From NCBI RefSeq assembly GCF_002075285.3, contig NZ_CP021983.2, positions 4,650,001 to 4,682,000 on the forward strand: a DNA stretch of 32,000 bases. The letters run 5' to 3'. The position numbers were made by a program, and so were the translations under genes. The notes below the pieces were generated by a model, which worked only from the letters and a program-made list of their open reading frames with translations, was not told the DNA's origin and made no database searches. Source of the stretch: Halomicronema hongdechloris C2206. GTDB taxonomy: Bacteria > Cyanobacteriota > Cyanobacteriia > Phormidesmidales > Phormidesmidaceae. Each line of letters starts with the position of its first letter. Within the stretch, counting starts at the first letter, position 1. Positions 17,413-25,624 of this stretch are shown piece by piece.

Positions 17413-18571
17413 CGACGACGGATTTGATCGGGGTGTCGGGTTCCAGGGGACTCTCGTTGGTCGAGGAGGCCGATCGCAACTGCTTGCCCCGGCGGCGTTC
17501 GGCCATCAGCTTGGGGCGCAGGTAGAGGTTTTCCAGCAATACGGCTCCACCGGCGATCCAGGGCGGCACGATCAGGGCGCCGATGATGCCTAGGACTTGG
17601 GTGCCGCCGATGACGGCCAGTAACTGATAGAGGGGGTGCACCCCGACCGAGGAGCCCACCAGTAGGGGATCGAGGACGTAGGTCTCTAGATTTTGGATGA
17701 TGACATAGAGTACCAGCACCCACAGCACCGTCCAGCCCCCTTGGGAGACGGCGACGGCCAGGGCCGGAATCGCCCCGAGAATGGGACCCAGAAAGGGAAT
17801 TAGATTGGTGACGCCTGCGATCGCACCGAGACCCAGGGCAAACTCAGACAGGCCGATGAAGCTGAGGACAATGGTAATGACGACGGCCAAGATGGCAGAT
17901 ACCAGGAGTCGACCGCGGATGTAACTACCAATGCGATTGCTCACTGGGGTTACCTGGGCTGCTAGGCGCTCATCCCAGGGCTGGGGCAGTAGGCGTAGGA
18001 AATTGCGAATCAGGGTGCGACTGTCGGCCAGCATATAACCCGACAAAAACAGGGCTAAAATCAGACTCAGGACTCCGCCTAAGATGCCGGTGGTGAGGCC
18101 ATAGGAGCGCAGCAACAGTTGCTGGCTGGAGCGAATCACCCAGCGGGTGAGCCCCTGGATATCGAGAAATTGATTGAGTAGATCACTGGCTAGTTCTGGG
18201 CGATTTTCGTTGAAGCTCAACACCCAGGCCTCGGCCCCATCGTAGACATTCTTCAGGGAGACTGGAATCTGCCGCAGCAGCCGTTGAATCTGCTCGAAGA
18301 TGGTGGGACCAATCAGCAAAATCGCCCCCACGGCCAGGAACAGCATGGTCAGATAGACCAGCACCACCCCCAACCAACGGGGAACGCGATAGCGCTCCGC
18401 CAAATCCACCACCGGGGCAATGGATGAGGCCAATACCACCGAAATCAGCAGCAATAGGATTAAACTGCGCAGTTGCCACACCAGCAGCAGCAGCGGCACT
18501 GCCAACAGCACTACCAACAAACTACTCACTGATAGCGTGAGGCGCTGCTCACCAGACTCACGGTTGGCCAT
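17402..18571 (-). CDS. AI-2E family transporter (PerM/UPF0118)
   Basis: 389-aa polytopic membrane protein with the family's C-terminal pattern (NLIPFLGPILGAIPA ... LDPLLVGSSVGVHPL...IGALIVPP). Confidence 0.85.
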   Translation of the reverse strand: MANRESGEQRLTLSVSSLLVVLLAVPLLLLVWQLRSLILLLLISVVLASSIAPVVDLAERYRVPRWLGVVLVYLTMLFLAVGAILLIGPTIFEQIQRLLRQIPVSLKNVYDGAEAWVLSFNENRPELASDLLNQFLDIQGLTRWVIRSSQQLLLRSYGLTTGILGGVLSLILALFLSGYMLADSRTLIRNFLRLLPQPWDERLAAQVTPVSNRIGSYIRGRLLVSAILAVVITIVLSFIGLSEFALGLGAIAGVTNLIPFLGPILGAIPALAVAVSQGGWTVLWVLVLYVIIQNLETYVLDPLLVGSSVGVHPLYQLLAVIGGTQVLGIIGALIVPPWIAGGAVLLENLYLRPKLMAERRRGKQLRSASSTNESPLEPDTPIKSVVGGT

Positions 18572-18652
18572 AGCTGAGTAACTGACTATCCATGACTCAT
18601 TGTGCCTTAGGGACTCTCCAGACGGAATCTGCCCTGGGAAAGGCGTATTGGG

Positions 18653-19981
18653 TCATAGGGTGTAGGTGAATGCATCCACTAACATACCAGGCGCCCAGGT
18701 GCCGCCCAGGCGGCGATGATCGTAGGTGCTGACCTGGGCAATCCACTCCGACTCCTGGGTCAGGTTTACCAAATTATCGCCCCAAAAGTGATAGAGACTC
18801 TCATCGAAGCGCAGGTTCTCGATCGGGGCCACGATCTGGCCGTTTGCTACCCAGAAACAGGCATAGCGGGTCATGCCGGTGAGGTATCCCTGGGGCCGAT
18901 CGCTCCAGTTCAGGTAATGCAGGTTGGAGACATATAGGCCCGTGTCCAGGGCTGCCAGCGCGTTTTCCCTGGGTAGGGTGCCCCCGGCTAAGACTTGCGA
19001 TCGCATCGCCTCGGATGCCGCCGCCGCCGTCGAGGCCAGGCCATATTCTCGGGCCGAGCGAGCACTGACCAGCTCATTGATCAGTCGTCCCGCTTGAATT
19101 ACCGGCAGCGTCATGGCAGCCAGGTCACCATCCTGATTGAAGCGGGGCACCTGGCCCTGGCTGAAGTCCTCCCGCAGGTGAATCTGCCCAGACAGCCGTC
19201 GCTCCCCCCGCTGTAGCAGCCCCAGGGGACTGCTGCCCCGGCGCAGGGCCCCAGCCCCGACTCCGCTGCGGCCCACCATCGTGACCAGATCCGCCACTGC
19301 CGCCGGTTCCAGGTAGGTGCGATAGGTCCCCGGAGCCATGACCTTAGCCGGATGGGCCAGCTGAGCGAGGTGCTCCCTGGCTGCGGTCACCTGCTGCTGG
19401 TACTCATCGGCGTCCCAGTGCTGGCCGGCGTACATTCGCTTGATGGCCTTGCCATCGGCTGTAAACAGGGAATAGTCCAGGGTGAAGGTATTCCGCTCAA
19501 ACCAATGGCGCTGACCGGCAGAATCGGCATAGGCCCGAATCAACCGGCCTCCAGCGTAGAAGCCGACGGCATCCAGCCCGGCCAGAGGTTGCAACACCGT
19601 CGGCACCACCGCTTCGCAGCAGAGCAATTGCCCCGGTTGCCGATCCCGGCTAGAGTCTCCTCCCGTTGGCAACACCTGGTAGGGATCCGGCGGTAAATCG
19701 GGGAGCTCCTGGCGCAGCTCCTCTAGGGTCGCCATGGCCATGGCCTGATCCAGGGCCAGCTCTCCTGTAAAGGGCAGTGTCTGACTCAGGGTGCGCTGGC
19801 CAGCCATCAGGGTCAGGGTCAACCGGCCATCCACCACCTGGCCACTCTGGCGCACCCTGGCCCGGTTAAAGCGAGTGAATTGGCTGGTTTCAGCCACTAG
19901 ATTGAGCCGGATGTGCTCTTGGGGCTGCAGCTGTGACACCAGGGCCTCGACCAGGCGATAAAAAACCGGTTCCCACGCCAT
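18653..19981 (-). CDS. pmbA: TldE/PmbA-family metalloprotease subunit
   Basis: 442-aa PmbA_TldD-fold protein directly downstream of tldD. Its ATG overlaps the tldD TAA by 1 nt (TAATG at 19979-19983). Confidence 0.85.
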   Translation of the reverse strand: MAWEPVFYRLVEALVSQLQPQEHIRLNLVAETSQFTRFNRARVRQSGQVVDGRLTLTLMAGQRTLSQTLPFTGELALDQAMAMATLEELRQELPDLPPDPYQVLPTGGDSSRDRQPGQLLCCEAVVPTVLQPLAGLDAVGFYAGGRLIRAYADSAGQRHWFERNTFTLDYSLFTADGKAIKRMYAGQHWDADEYQQQVTAAREHLAQLAHPAKVMAPGTYRTYLEPAAVADLVTMVGRSGVGAGALRRGSSPLGLLQRGERRLSGQIHLREDFSQGQVPRFNQDGDLAAMTLPVIQAGRLINELVSARSAREYGLASTAAAASEAMRSQVLAGGTLPRENALAALDTGLYVSNLHYLNWSDRPQGYLTGMTRYACFWVANGQIVAPIENLRFDESLYHFWGDNLVNLTQESEWIAQVSTYDHRRLGGTWAPGMLVDAFTYTL

Positions 19982-21535
19982 TAGCCCCCGCCCCCAAATA
20001 CCTTAATCTCCTCAAAAGCTGCCACCGGAGAGCCATGGCCCACCCGGATTAATTGATTCGGTTCCCCCTTGCCACAGAAAGGAGTGCCAAAGGCCTGCCA
20101 GGTGTCTCCATTGCCCACCTGCACCAGGCTGTGCCAAAACTGGGGCGTCGTGGCCCGATAGTTGGGGTTGCGCAGGGTTTCCGCCAGTCGTCCTTGGCGA
20201 ATGCGCTTGCCATATTCACAGCCAAACTGAAACTTATGGCGCTGATCATCGATGGACCAAGAGCGATTCGCCTCCATATAGACGCCATCCTCGATGGTGG
20301 CGATGATCTCGGCCCAGGAGCGATCCCCCGGCTCCAGGTTAATATTGGCCATGCGATCGATGGCCGGCCGATTCCAAGATGTGGCCCGAGCGCAGGCGAC
20401 CCCCGGTAACCCAGAGCGCACTTGGCTCTCCCGGCCGCCCAGGCCCCGCTCTAACACCCCCTGGCGAATCAGATACTGGCGTTCGGGCCCCCACCCCAGT
20501 GTCATCAAAGCCATAGCTAGCTAGCTGGTGCTCTAGGGTGGGGTCGAAGGTGACGTTTAGCAGAGGCGAACCGTATTGCAACTGGCCAAAGTCCTCGGGT
20601 TTAACAAAGCTGCCGCCGGCATAGTTGCGCTCATCCCCCAGAATCCGATCCAGTTCCAGGGGATGGCCGATGCTCTCATGGATTTGCAGCAGCATCTGGT
20701 CCGGGGCCAGCACCAGGGTACTGGTCATCGTCGGGCACTCTGGGGCGGTCAATAACTCCACCGCCTGCTCTGCCGCCTGCTGCACCGCCTGCCAGAGGTC
20801 CTCTGCCTCTGCCAGGTGTTCCCAGCCGCCTTGGTAGTAGTGGGCATAGGGGCCATTGTGATGACGGGTCTGCACCACCGCCCCAGCTTGGGCCGTGGCC
20901 CCGAAGTGGGTGCCAAAGTAGGTAAATTGCTGCTGCACCCGGGTGCCACTGCTGCTGAGCAGCCAAATGTCCGTAGTTTGGCTGTGCAGACTGGCGATGG
21001 TCTGCACAATCTGCTCTGACACGTTTAGGCCTTGGCAGATCTGAGCCAGCAAGGCATTGATGTCGCCGCCGCTGATCTGGTCGGGGGGTTGGAGCACCGA
21101 AGAGGTATAGAGCCCCAATTCCCGCGGCCGCATGCCCGAGGAAAAAGCCTGCAGCTGCCAGGGAGCAGCGGCCTGGGCTTGTTGATAGGCCTGGTGGGCC
21201 GCCGCCTGCAGCCCCGTCACGGTGAGCTGATTGCTGGCGGCATAGCCCAGTTGCCCCGCTACCAATACTTCCACCATGGCGCCCTGATCCCGGTAGCGGT
21301 GGTTCTGTTGGGGGCGGCCATCCCGTAGGGTGCGCTGGCTGCCAGTGGTGCGCTGGGCTCGCATGCCAATCCAGTCGGCGGGCAGATCCAAGATCGAAAG
21401 CACCTCGTCGAAGAGGGCCATCGGGTCAACCGTGGAGGCAGGCGTGACTGTCACAGGGGCAAGGACCATGGGAAATGCAGCGTTTCCCATTGTAGGTAGG
21501 TTGGCGATGGAATCGGGATGCGATCGCATGGCCAC
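19981..21535 (-). pseudogene. tldD: TldD metalloprotease, reading frame broken once near 20481-20497
   Basis: ORF 20339..21535 carries the HExxxH motif (HESIGHPLE) and is credible to ...ASYGFDDTGVG. ORF 19981..20514 is credible from ...ERQYLIRQGVLERGLGG to the C-terminus (FCGKGEPNQLIRVGHGSP). The frames differ by 1 nt and meet at the run gggcccccacccc. Confidence 0.85.
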
Positions 21536-21621
21536 ACGAAAAATTTCCCTTCTTTTTCAAGTCGAAATACTAAGAAGTCTTAATATAAAGGAGTAAATGA
21601 GCATTATTATTTTTTTATCCA

Positions 21622-22095
21622 ATGCAGATATCCTTAGATACCTTGGATGTGAAAATCCTAAATTATCTGCTGCAGCAGGGCCGCATCACCTGGGCGGAAT
21701 TGGCAGCGCAGATCGGCATATCGGCTCCGGCCGCAGCAGACCGGGTGCGCAAACTAGAAGACCGAGGAGTAATTCAGGGCTACACAGCATGCCTGGATGC
21801 CGAACGGGTGGGCCATAGCCTGACCGCCTTTATCGCCGTTACCCTAGAGCGCCCCGAGCATCGGGCTACCTTCTTAGAGCGTGTCCATGCCTCGGCTGCC
21901 ATCCAGGAGTGCCACCACGTCACTGGTGATGACGACTACCTGCTGAAGGTACGCTGTCGCCATACCCGTCATTTGGAGCACCTGATCAGCGACTCCCTCA
22001 AGAGCCTCCCCGGCATCCTCCGCACCCGCACCACCATTGTCCTGTCCACTGTGAAGGAAACCGCCGCCTTGCCGGTATCGACATCTTCGTCTTAG
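21622..22095 (+). CDS. Lrp/AsnC family transcriptional regulator
   Basis: HTH region LDVKILNYLLQQGRITWAELAAQIGISAPAAADRVRKLEDRGVIQGY plus a C-terminal RAM/AsnC_trans_reg domain. An alternative ATG at 21597 with a strong AAGGAG lies 25 nt upstream. It would be in frame if the T7 run at 21610-21616 were one T shorter. Confidence 0.9.
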   Translation: MQISLDTLDVKILNYLLQQGRITWAELAAQIGISAPAAADRVRKLEDRGVIQGYTACLDAERVGHSLTAFIAVTLERPEHRATFLERVHASAAIQECHHVTGDDDYLLKVRCRHTRHLEHLISDSLKSLPGILRTRTTIVLSTVKETAALPVSTSSS

Positions 22096-22117
22096 GACCA
22101 GTTCCTGCCGGTAAAGC

Positions 22118-22185
22118 CTTGAATTTTGAATGGTTCGACGGACTCACCACAGGTTTTGAATTTTGAGTTTTGAGTTTTGAATTTT
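22118..22185. repeat. heptanucleotide tandem repeats (TTTTGAR; complement YTCAAAA), two blocks around a GC-rich 20-nt core
   Basis: cttgaattttgaatgg - ttcgacggactcaccacag - gttttga attttga gttttga gttttga atttt. This is the same motif and bipartite layout as 29094-29216, in the opposite orientation. Confidence 0.85.
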
Positions 22186-22194
22186 CCCTGACCC

Positions 22195-22806
22195 ATGCAC
22201 ACACTATTTCTGCAAGGTCTGATTTTAGGACTATCGATTGCGGCGCCAGTGGGTCCCATCGGTATTCTCTGCATTCGTCGTACCCTAACCCAAGGGCAGT
22301 GGGTGGGCCTGTTGTCGGGGCTCGGGGCCGCCACTGCCGATGGCATCTATGGAGGCATTGCCGCCTTTGGCCTGACAGCAGTGTCGCAGTTTCTAGTGGA
22401 TCAGGCGACCTGGCTGACGGCAGTCGGGGGGGTGTTTTTGATCTATCTGGGGATCAAGACCGGCCTCAGTCGCCCAGCCGAAGCCGTGGTCAATCCCAGT
22501 GTCCATGGCTGGTTGGGGGCCTATGGCTCCACCCTGTTTCTCACCCTGACGAATCCAGCTACCATTGTGTCGTTTGTGGCTATCTTTGCTGGGCTGGGAC
22601 TGGCGGCCCAAGCCAATGCCTATGGTGCAGCCATGGTGCTGGTGCTAGGGGTATTTCTGGGCTCGGCCCTATGGTGGTTATTGCTGAGCTGGAGTGTTAA
22701 TCTTTTTCGAGCAGTGATGCCCCCTGCCCGGTTGCGCTGGTTAAATAGGGGCGCTGGCCTGGTGTTGATAGCCTTTGGTGTCATAGCCCTGAGTCTTCGG
22801 GGATGA
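22195..22806 (+). CDS. LysE/RhtB family amino-acid exporter
   Basis: 203-aa protein with 6 TM helices and the family N-terminus LGLSIAAPVGPIGILCIRRTL. It is adjacent to an Lrp/AsnC regulator, a common pairing. Confidence 0.88.
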   Translation: MHTLFLQGLILGLSIAAPVGPIGILCIRRTLTQGQWVGLLSGLGAATADGIYGGIAAFGLTAVSQFLVDQATWLTAVGGVFLIYLGIKTGLSRPAEAVVNPSVHGWLGAYGSTLFLTLTNPATIVSFVAIFAGLGLAAQANAYGAAMVLVLGVFLGSALWWLLLSWSVNLFRAVMPPARLRWLNRGAGLVLIAFGVIALSLRG

Positions 22807-22813
22807 GGTTCCT

Positions 22814-23998
22814 ATGCAGCTAGCCTGGAGGCGGTTACGGCGATGGTATGTGACGGGTTTGGTGCTGGCGCTGATGGCATTGGCCCTCTGGGGCTGGTTG
22901 GCCTCTCCGGGATGGTCCCAAGCTGCGACTGATCAGAGACTGGTGGCTCAGTCAGTGGAGGAACTGCAGCAGCAACAGCAGGACCTGGAGAAGAAACGCT
23001 CGCGACTGCAACAGCAGCAAGATCAGCTGGAATCCCTACAAGATCAGGCCGAAACTAAGTTAGATGGCCTAGAGCAAACCATTGCGGCGACGGCTAACCA
23101 AATTGCCGAGACGGAGTATCGCCTGGAGCAGGCAGAAAAACGGTTGACGACGCTGCAAGCCGAGTTAGAGCAGGCGAAAGCAGATTACCAGGTGGTGCAG
23201 CGGGCGACGGTGGCCCGCTTGCAAGTGTTGCAGCGGCAACAGGGGGGAGAAGGTTGGGCGGTGCTGCTGCAAAGCCAGAATTTCAATGAGTTTCTCGATC
23301 GCCGCTATCAATTGAAGCGAGTCTATGATGCTGACCGTCAGGCCCTGCAAACCCTGAAGGCCAAAGCCGAAGACCTCAAGGCCCAAGCAACGGTGGTCGA
23401 GGCGCAAAAAAATCAGGTGGCCCTGTTGCGGCAGCAGCTGCTCTCCCAGAAGGAGCAGTATGAGGCAGAGGCCAACCAGCAGGAGCAGTTAATCGGGCGA
23501 TTGCGCCAAGACCGAGCGGCACTGGAAGCGGCAGAAGCACAACTGGCTAAAGATTCGGAGCAGCTGGCGGTGCTGATCCGGCAACGGCTGCAGACATCAA
23601 CGGTGGTGCGGGGCACTGGCCGCATGATTCACCCGGCGGCGGCTCGCATCACCAGTCGCTTCGGTACCCGGGTGCATCCGATTCTGGGCTATCGCCGCTT
23701 CCACTCCGGGATCGATTTCGGCGCCAGTTACGGCACCACCATTCAAGCCGCCGATGCTGGCCGGGTGATCTTTTCGGGCTGGTATGGTGGCTACGGCCAG
23801 GCGGTGATCATCGACCATGGTGGCGGCATCACGACCCTCTATGCCCATGCCAGCCGCCTCTATGTGCGCGAGGGACAGGGGGTGCAGCAGGGGCAGGCCA
23901 TTGCAGCGGTAGGGTCTACGGGCCTGTCGACCGGCCCCCACCTGCATTTTGAGGTACGCCAGAATGGAAATCCGGTGAATCCCATGGCATATCTCTAG
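22814..23998 (+). CDS. M23 family metallopeptidase with N-terminal signal anchor and long coiled coil (EnvC-like)
   Basis: HSGIDFGA and GSTGLSTGPHLHFEVRQNGNPVNP (HxxxD / HxH zinc motifs), preceded by about 230 aa of Q/E/A-rich coiled coil. Confidence 0.92.
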   Translation: MQLAWRRLRRWYVTGLVLALMALALWGWLASPGWSQAATDQRLVAQSVEELQQQQQDLEKKRSRLQQQQDQLESLQDQAETKLDGLEQTIAATANQIAETEYRLEQAEKRLTTLQAELEQAKADYQVVQRATVARLQVLQRQQGGEGWAVLLQSQNFNEFLDRRYQLKRVYDADRQALQTLKAKAEDLKAQATVVEAQKNQVALLRQQLLSQKEQYEAEANQQEQLIGRLRQDRAALEAAEAQLAKDSEQLAVLIRQRLQTSTVVRGTGRMIHPAAARITSRFGTRVHPILGYRRFHSGIDFGASYGTTIQAADAGRVIFSGWYGGYGQAVIIDHGGGITTLYAHASRLYVREGQGVQQGQAIAAVGSTGLSTGPHLHFEVRQNGNPVNPMAYL

Positions 23999-24006
23999 GG
24001 CAGGAT

Positions 24007-24141
24007 TTAGCCCTTGCTCTTCTTGACATGCTCCATGATGCGCAGCTTACGGGCGTCTTCTCCCTTGAGCTTGGTGGCGACATCGAGGGAAATACCGCTA
24101 GTCATGGCGAGGTGTTGTTGGATTTGCTGTTTGTCAGCCAT
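24007..24141 (-). CDS. possible 44-aa small protein (below the ORF-track size cut-off)
   Basis: ATG at 24141 to TAA at 24007-24009 gives MADKQQIQQHLAMTSGISLDVATKLKGEDARKLRIMEHVKKSKG. It is charged and protein-like, with an internal repeat (IQQHLxxTSG / IMEHVKKSKG). The competing plus-strand ORF 24014..24208 is Cys/Leu-rich and implausible. Confidence 0.35.
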   Translation of the reverse strand: MADKQQIQQHLAMTSGISLDVATKLKGEDARKLRIMEHVKKSKG

Positions 24142-24432
24142 AGGATTGCCTAGTGATGTGCGACTGTGTTTGACGTGGCCAGAGGATTATTCACACTTTT
24201 TAATATAGGGCAATCGGCCTGGGATGTGGGTTGGGCAGAGCCGGTCATAGAAGTATTCAGTTGGGCCACGGCCCATCCCCACAGCCGCGTTCGGAGCGCC
24301 TGGACCACGGGTTGGTTGGCTGGCCAGGCCATAGGTAAAGAGGAAATCCAGGCCTCAGCGTCTCTCTGAGGTTTAGGGACTCGACATGCCAGCCTTCAGG
24401 GCAAACCGTTCCCATGCGATAAAAGTGGCGAC

Positions 24433-25051
24433 ATGTTAGAAAGCATCATTTGGATTCTGTTGATGGGGTTTTTCGTCGGGCAAATCGCTCGGCGACTTCG
24501 AGCTCCAGCATTGGTGGGCATGGTGCTGGTGGGTATTCTCCTCGGTCCCCAGGTAGGTAATGTGATTGGCCCGGAGATCTTAGCAGTCGCAGATTCCCTG
24601 CGGACCATCGCGGTGATGGTGATTTTGATGAAGGCAGGCCTGGGGCTTGATCGCGACAAGCTGATCCAGCAAGGATCGGTGGCAGTGCGACTGGGATTTT
24701 TGCCGGCGGCTTGTGAAGTAATCGCGGTTGCCCTGGCTGCCATCTGGCTGTTTCAGTTTGATCTGGCCACGGGGCTGTTGTTGGGCTGTGTGATCGGGGC
24801 TGAATCGCCAGCAGTCATTGTCCCGGGGATGTTGCGGCTCAAAAGCTTGGGTTGGGGAGTCAAAAAAGGGATTCCCGATGCCATTTTGACCGGGAGTGCA
24901 CTGTCGGATGTGCTGCTGGTCGGGGTGTTGGTTTTGGCCATCGGCACCCTGGTGGGGCGATCTCTGGGCTGGTATCTGTCTACATTGGGGAGTAACTGGA
25001 CTTGGCAGGAGCGGCTGTTTTCTGCTGCCGGGAAATTCCGCTAAAGCGACG
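24433..25051 (+). pseudogene. cation:proton antiporter (CPA-type Na+/H+ exchanger) remnant
   Basis: The N-terminal helices are typical of the family (GFFVGQIARRLRAPALVGMVLVGILLGP, ILMKAGLGLD, GAESPAVIVP), but only about 200 codons are present where about 400 are expected. The middle of the protein is missing. The tail WQERLFSAAG changes frame at the A run 25033-25035 and continues as NSAKATVQAAIGAIPL, which as I recall is a C-terminal helix motif of this family. Confidence 0.6.
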
Positions 25052-25495
25052 GTGCAGGCGGCAATCGGCGCGATTCCCCTAGAGGATGTATTAGTCGGAT
25101 CAGTGTCCCAAGCGGTTGCTGGAAACCAGCCCCTGGCCGGTAGTGATGGTGGAGGCTTAGGCAGCTGCCGTATTCCCCCGGGCAAGGAATCCTTTATCTA
25201 CCATGCCCACAGCAACGAAGAAGAGTGGATTTACATTCTCTCTGGGCACGGCATCGCCGAGATCGGTGACGCCGAGCAGGAAGTGGGGCCTGGCGACTTC
25301 ATGGGCTTTAGCCTACCTCAGCTGGCCCACCACCTGCGCAACCCCGGCGACCAAGACCTGGTGTATTTAGTGGGCGGTGAGCAAGTCAATATCGATGTCG
25401 GTACCTTTCCCCGCCATGGCAAACGGGCCATCCGTGAGGGCAGCAGGGCTTATCTGGTGGATGAATCAGCCCTAAGCGACTTTTGGCAAAGCTAA
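25052..25495 (+). CDS. cupin domain protein (start uncertain; N-terminus apparently derived from the antiporter remnant)
   Basis: Cupin motifs: PPGKESFIYHAHSNEEEWIYILSGHG and GDFMGF...AHHLRNPGDQDLVYLVGG. There is no in-frame ATG upstream of the domain outside the antiporter. GTG at 25052 is the first candidate start after the antiporter-frame stop. Confidence 0.55.
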   Translation: MQAAIGAIPLEDVLVGSVSQAVAGNQPLAGSDGGGLGSCRIPPGKESFIYHAHSNEEEWIYILSGHGIAEIGDAEQEVGPGDFMGFSLPQLAHHLRNPGDQDLVYLVGGEQVNIDVGTFPRHGKRAIREGSRAYLVDESALSDFWQS

Positions 25496-25595
25496 CGGCG
25501 GCATTGTCCGTAGCATTGTTCATATTGGAGACTCCCTAGCTTTCACCATCGCCTCGACTCCAGAACCCTGCAGAATTCGATACCCTTTGTACTAG

Positions 25596-25623
25596 GTTTC
25601 AGGCTTCAGGTTTCAGGCGTCAC
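25596..25623. repeat. heptanucleotide tandem repeat GYTTCAG, 4 copies
   Basis: gtttcag gcttcag gtttcag gcgtcac, immediately upstream of the ggt-family gene. Confidence 0.7.
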
Positions 25624-25624
25624 G

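Noticed and set aside
20512-20526. gctagctagctgg, which looks like a three-frame stop cassette, right at the boundary of the two tldD ORFs.
   Set aside because: In the true tldD frame it reads ...H Q L A S Y G F... and is ordinary coding sequence. The actual frame change is about 25 nt further on, at the G/C run 20485-20497.
24150-24369. ORFs 24150..24332(-) and 24166..24369(+), and a CCTCAG-N7-CTGAGG hairpin (24350-24368), upstream of the antiporter remnant.
   Set aside because: Neither ORF has protein-like features or a family match. The hairpin has a 6-bp stem without a U-tract, so it cannot be called a terminator or riboswitch from sequence alone.
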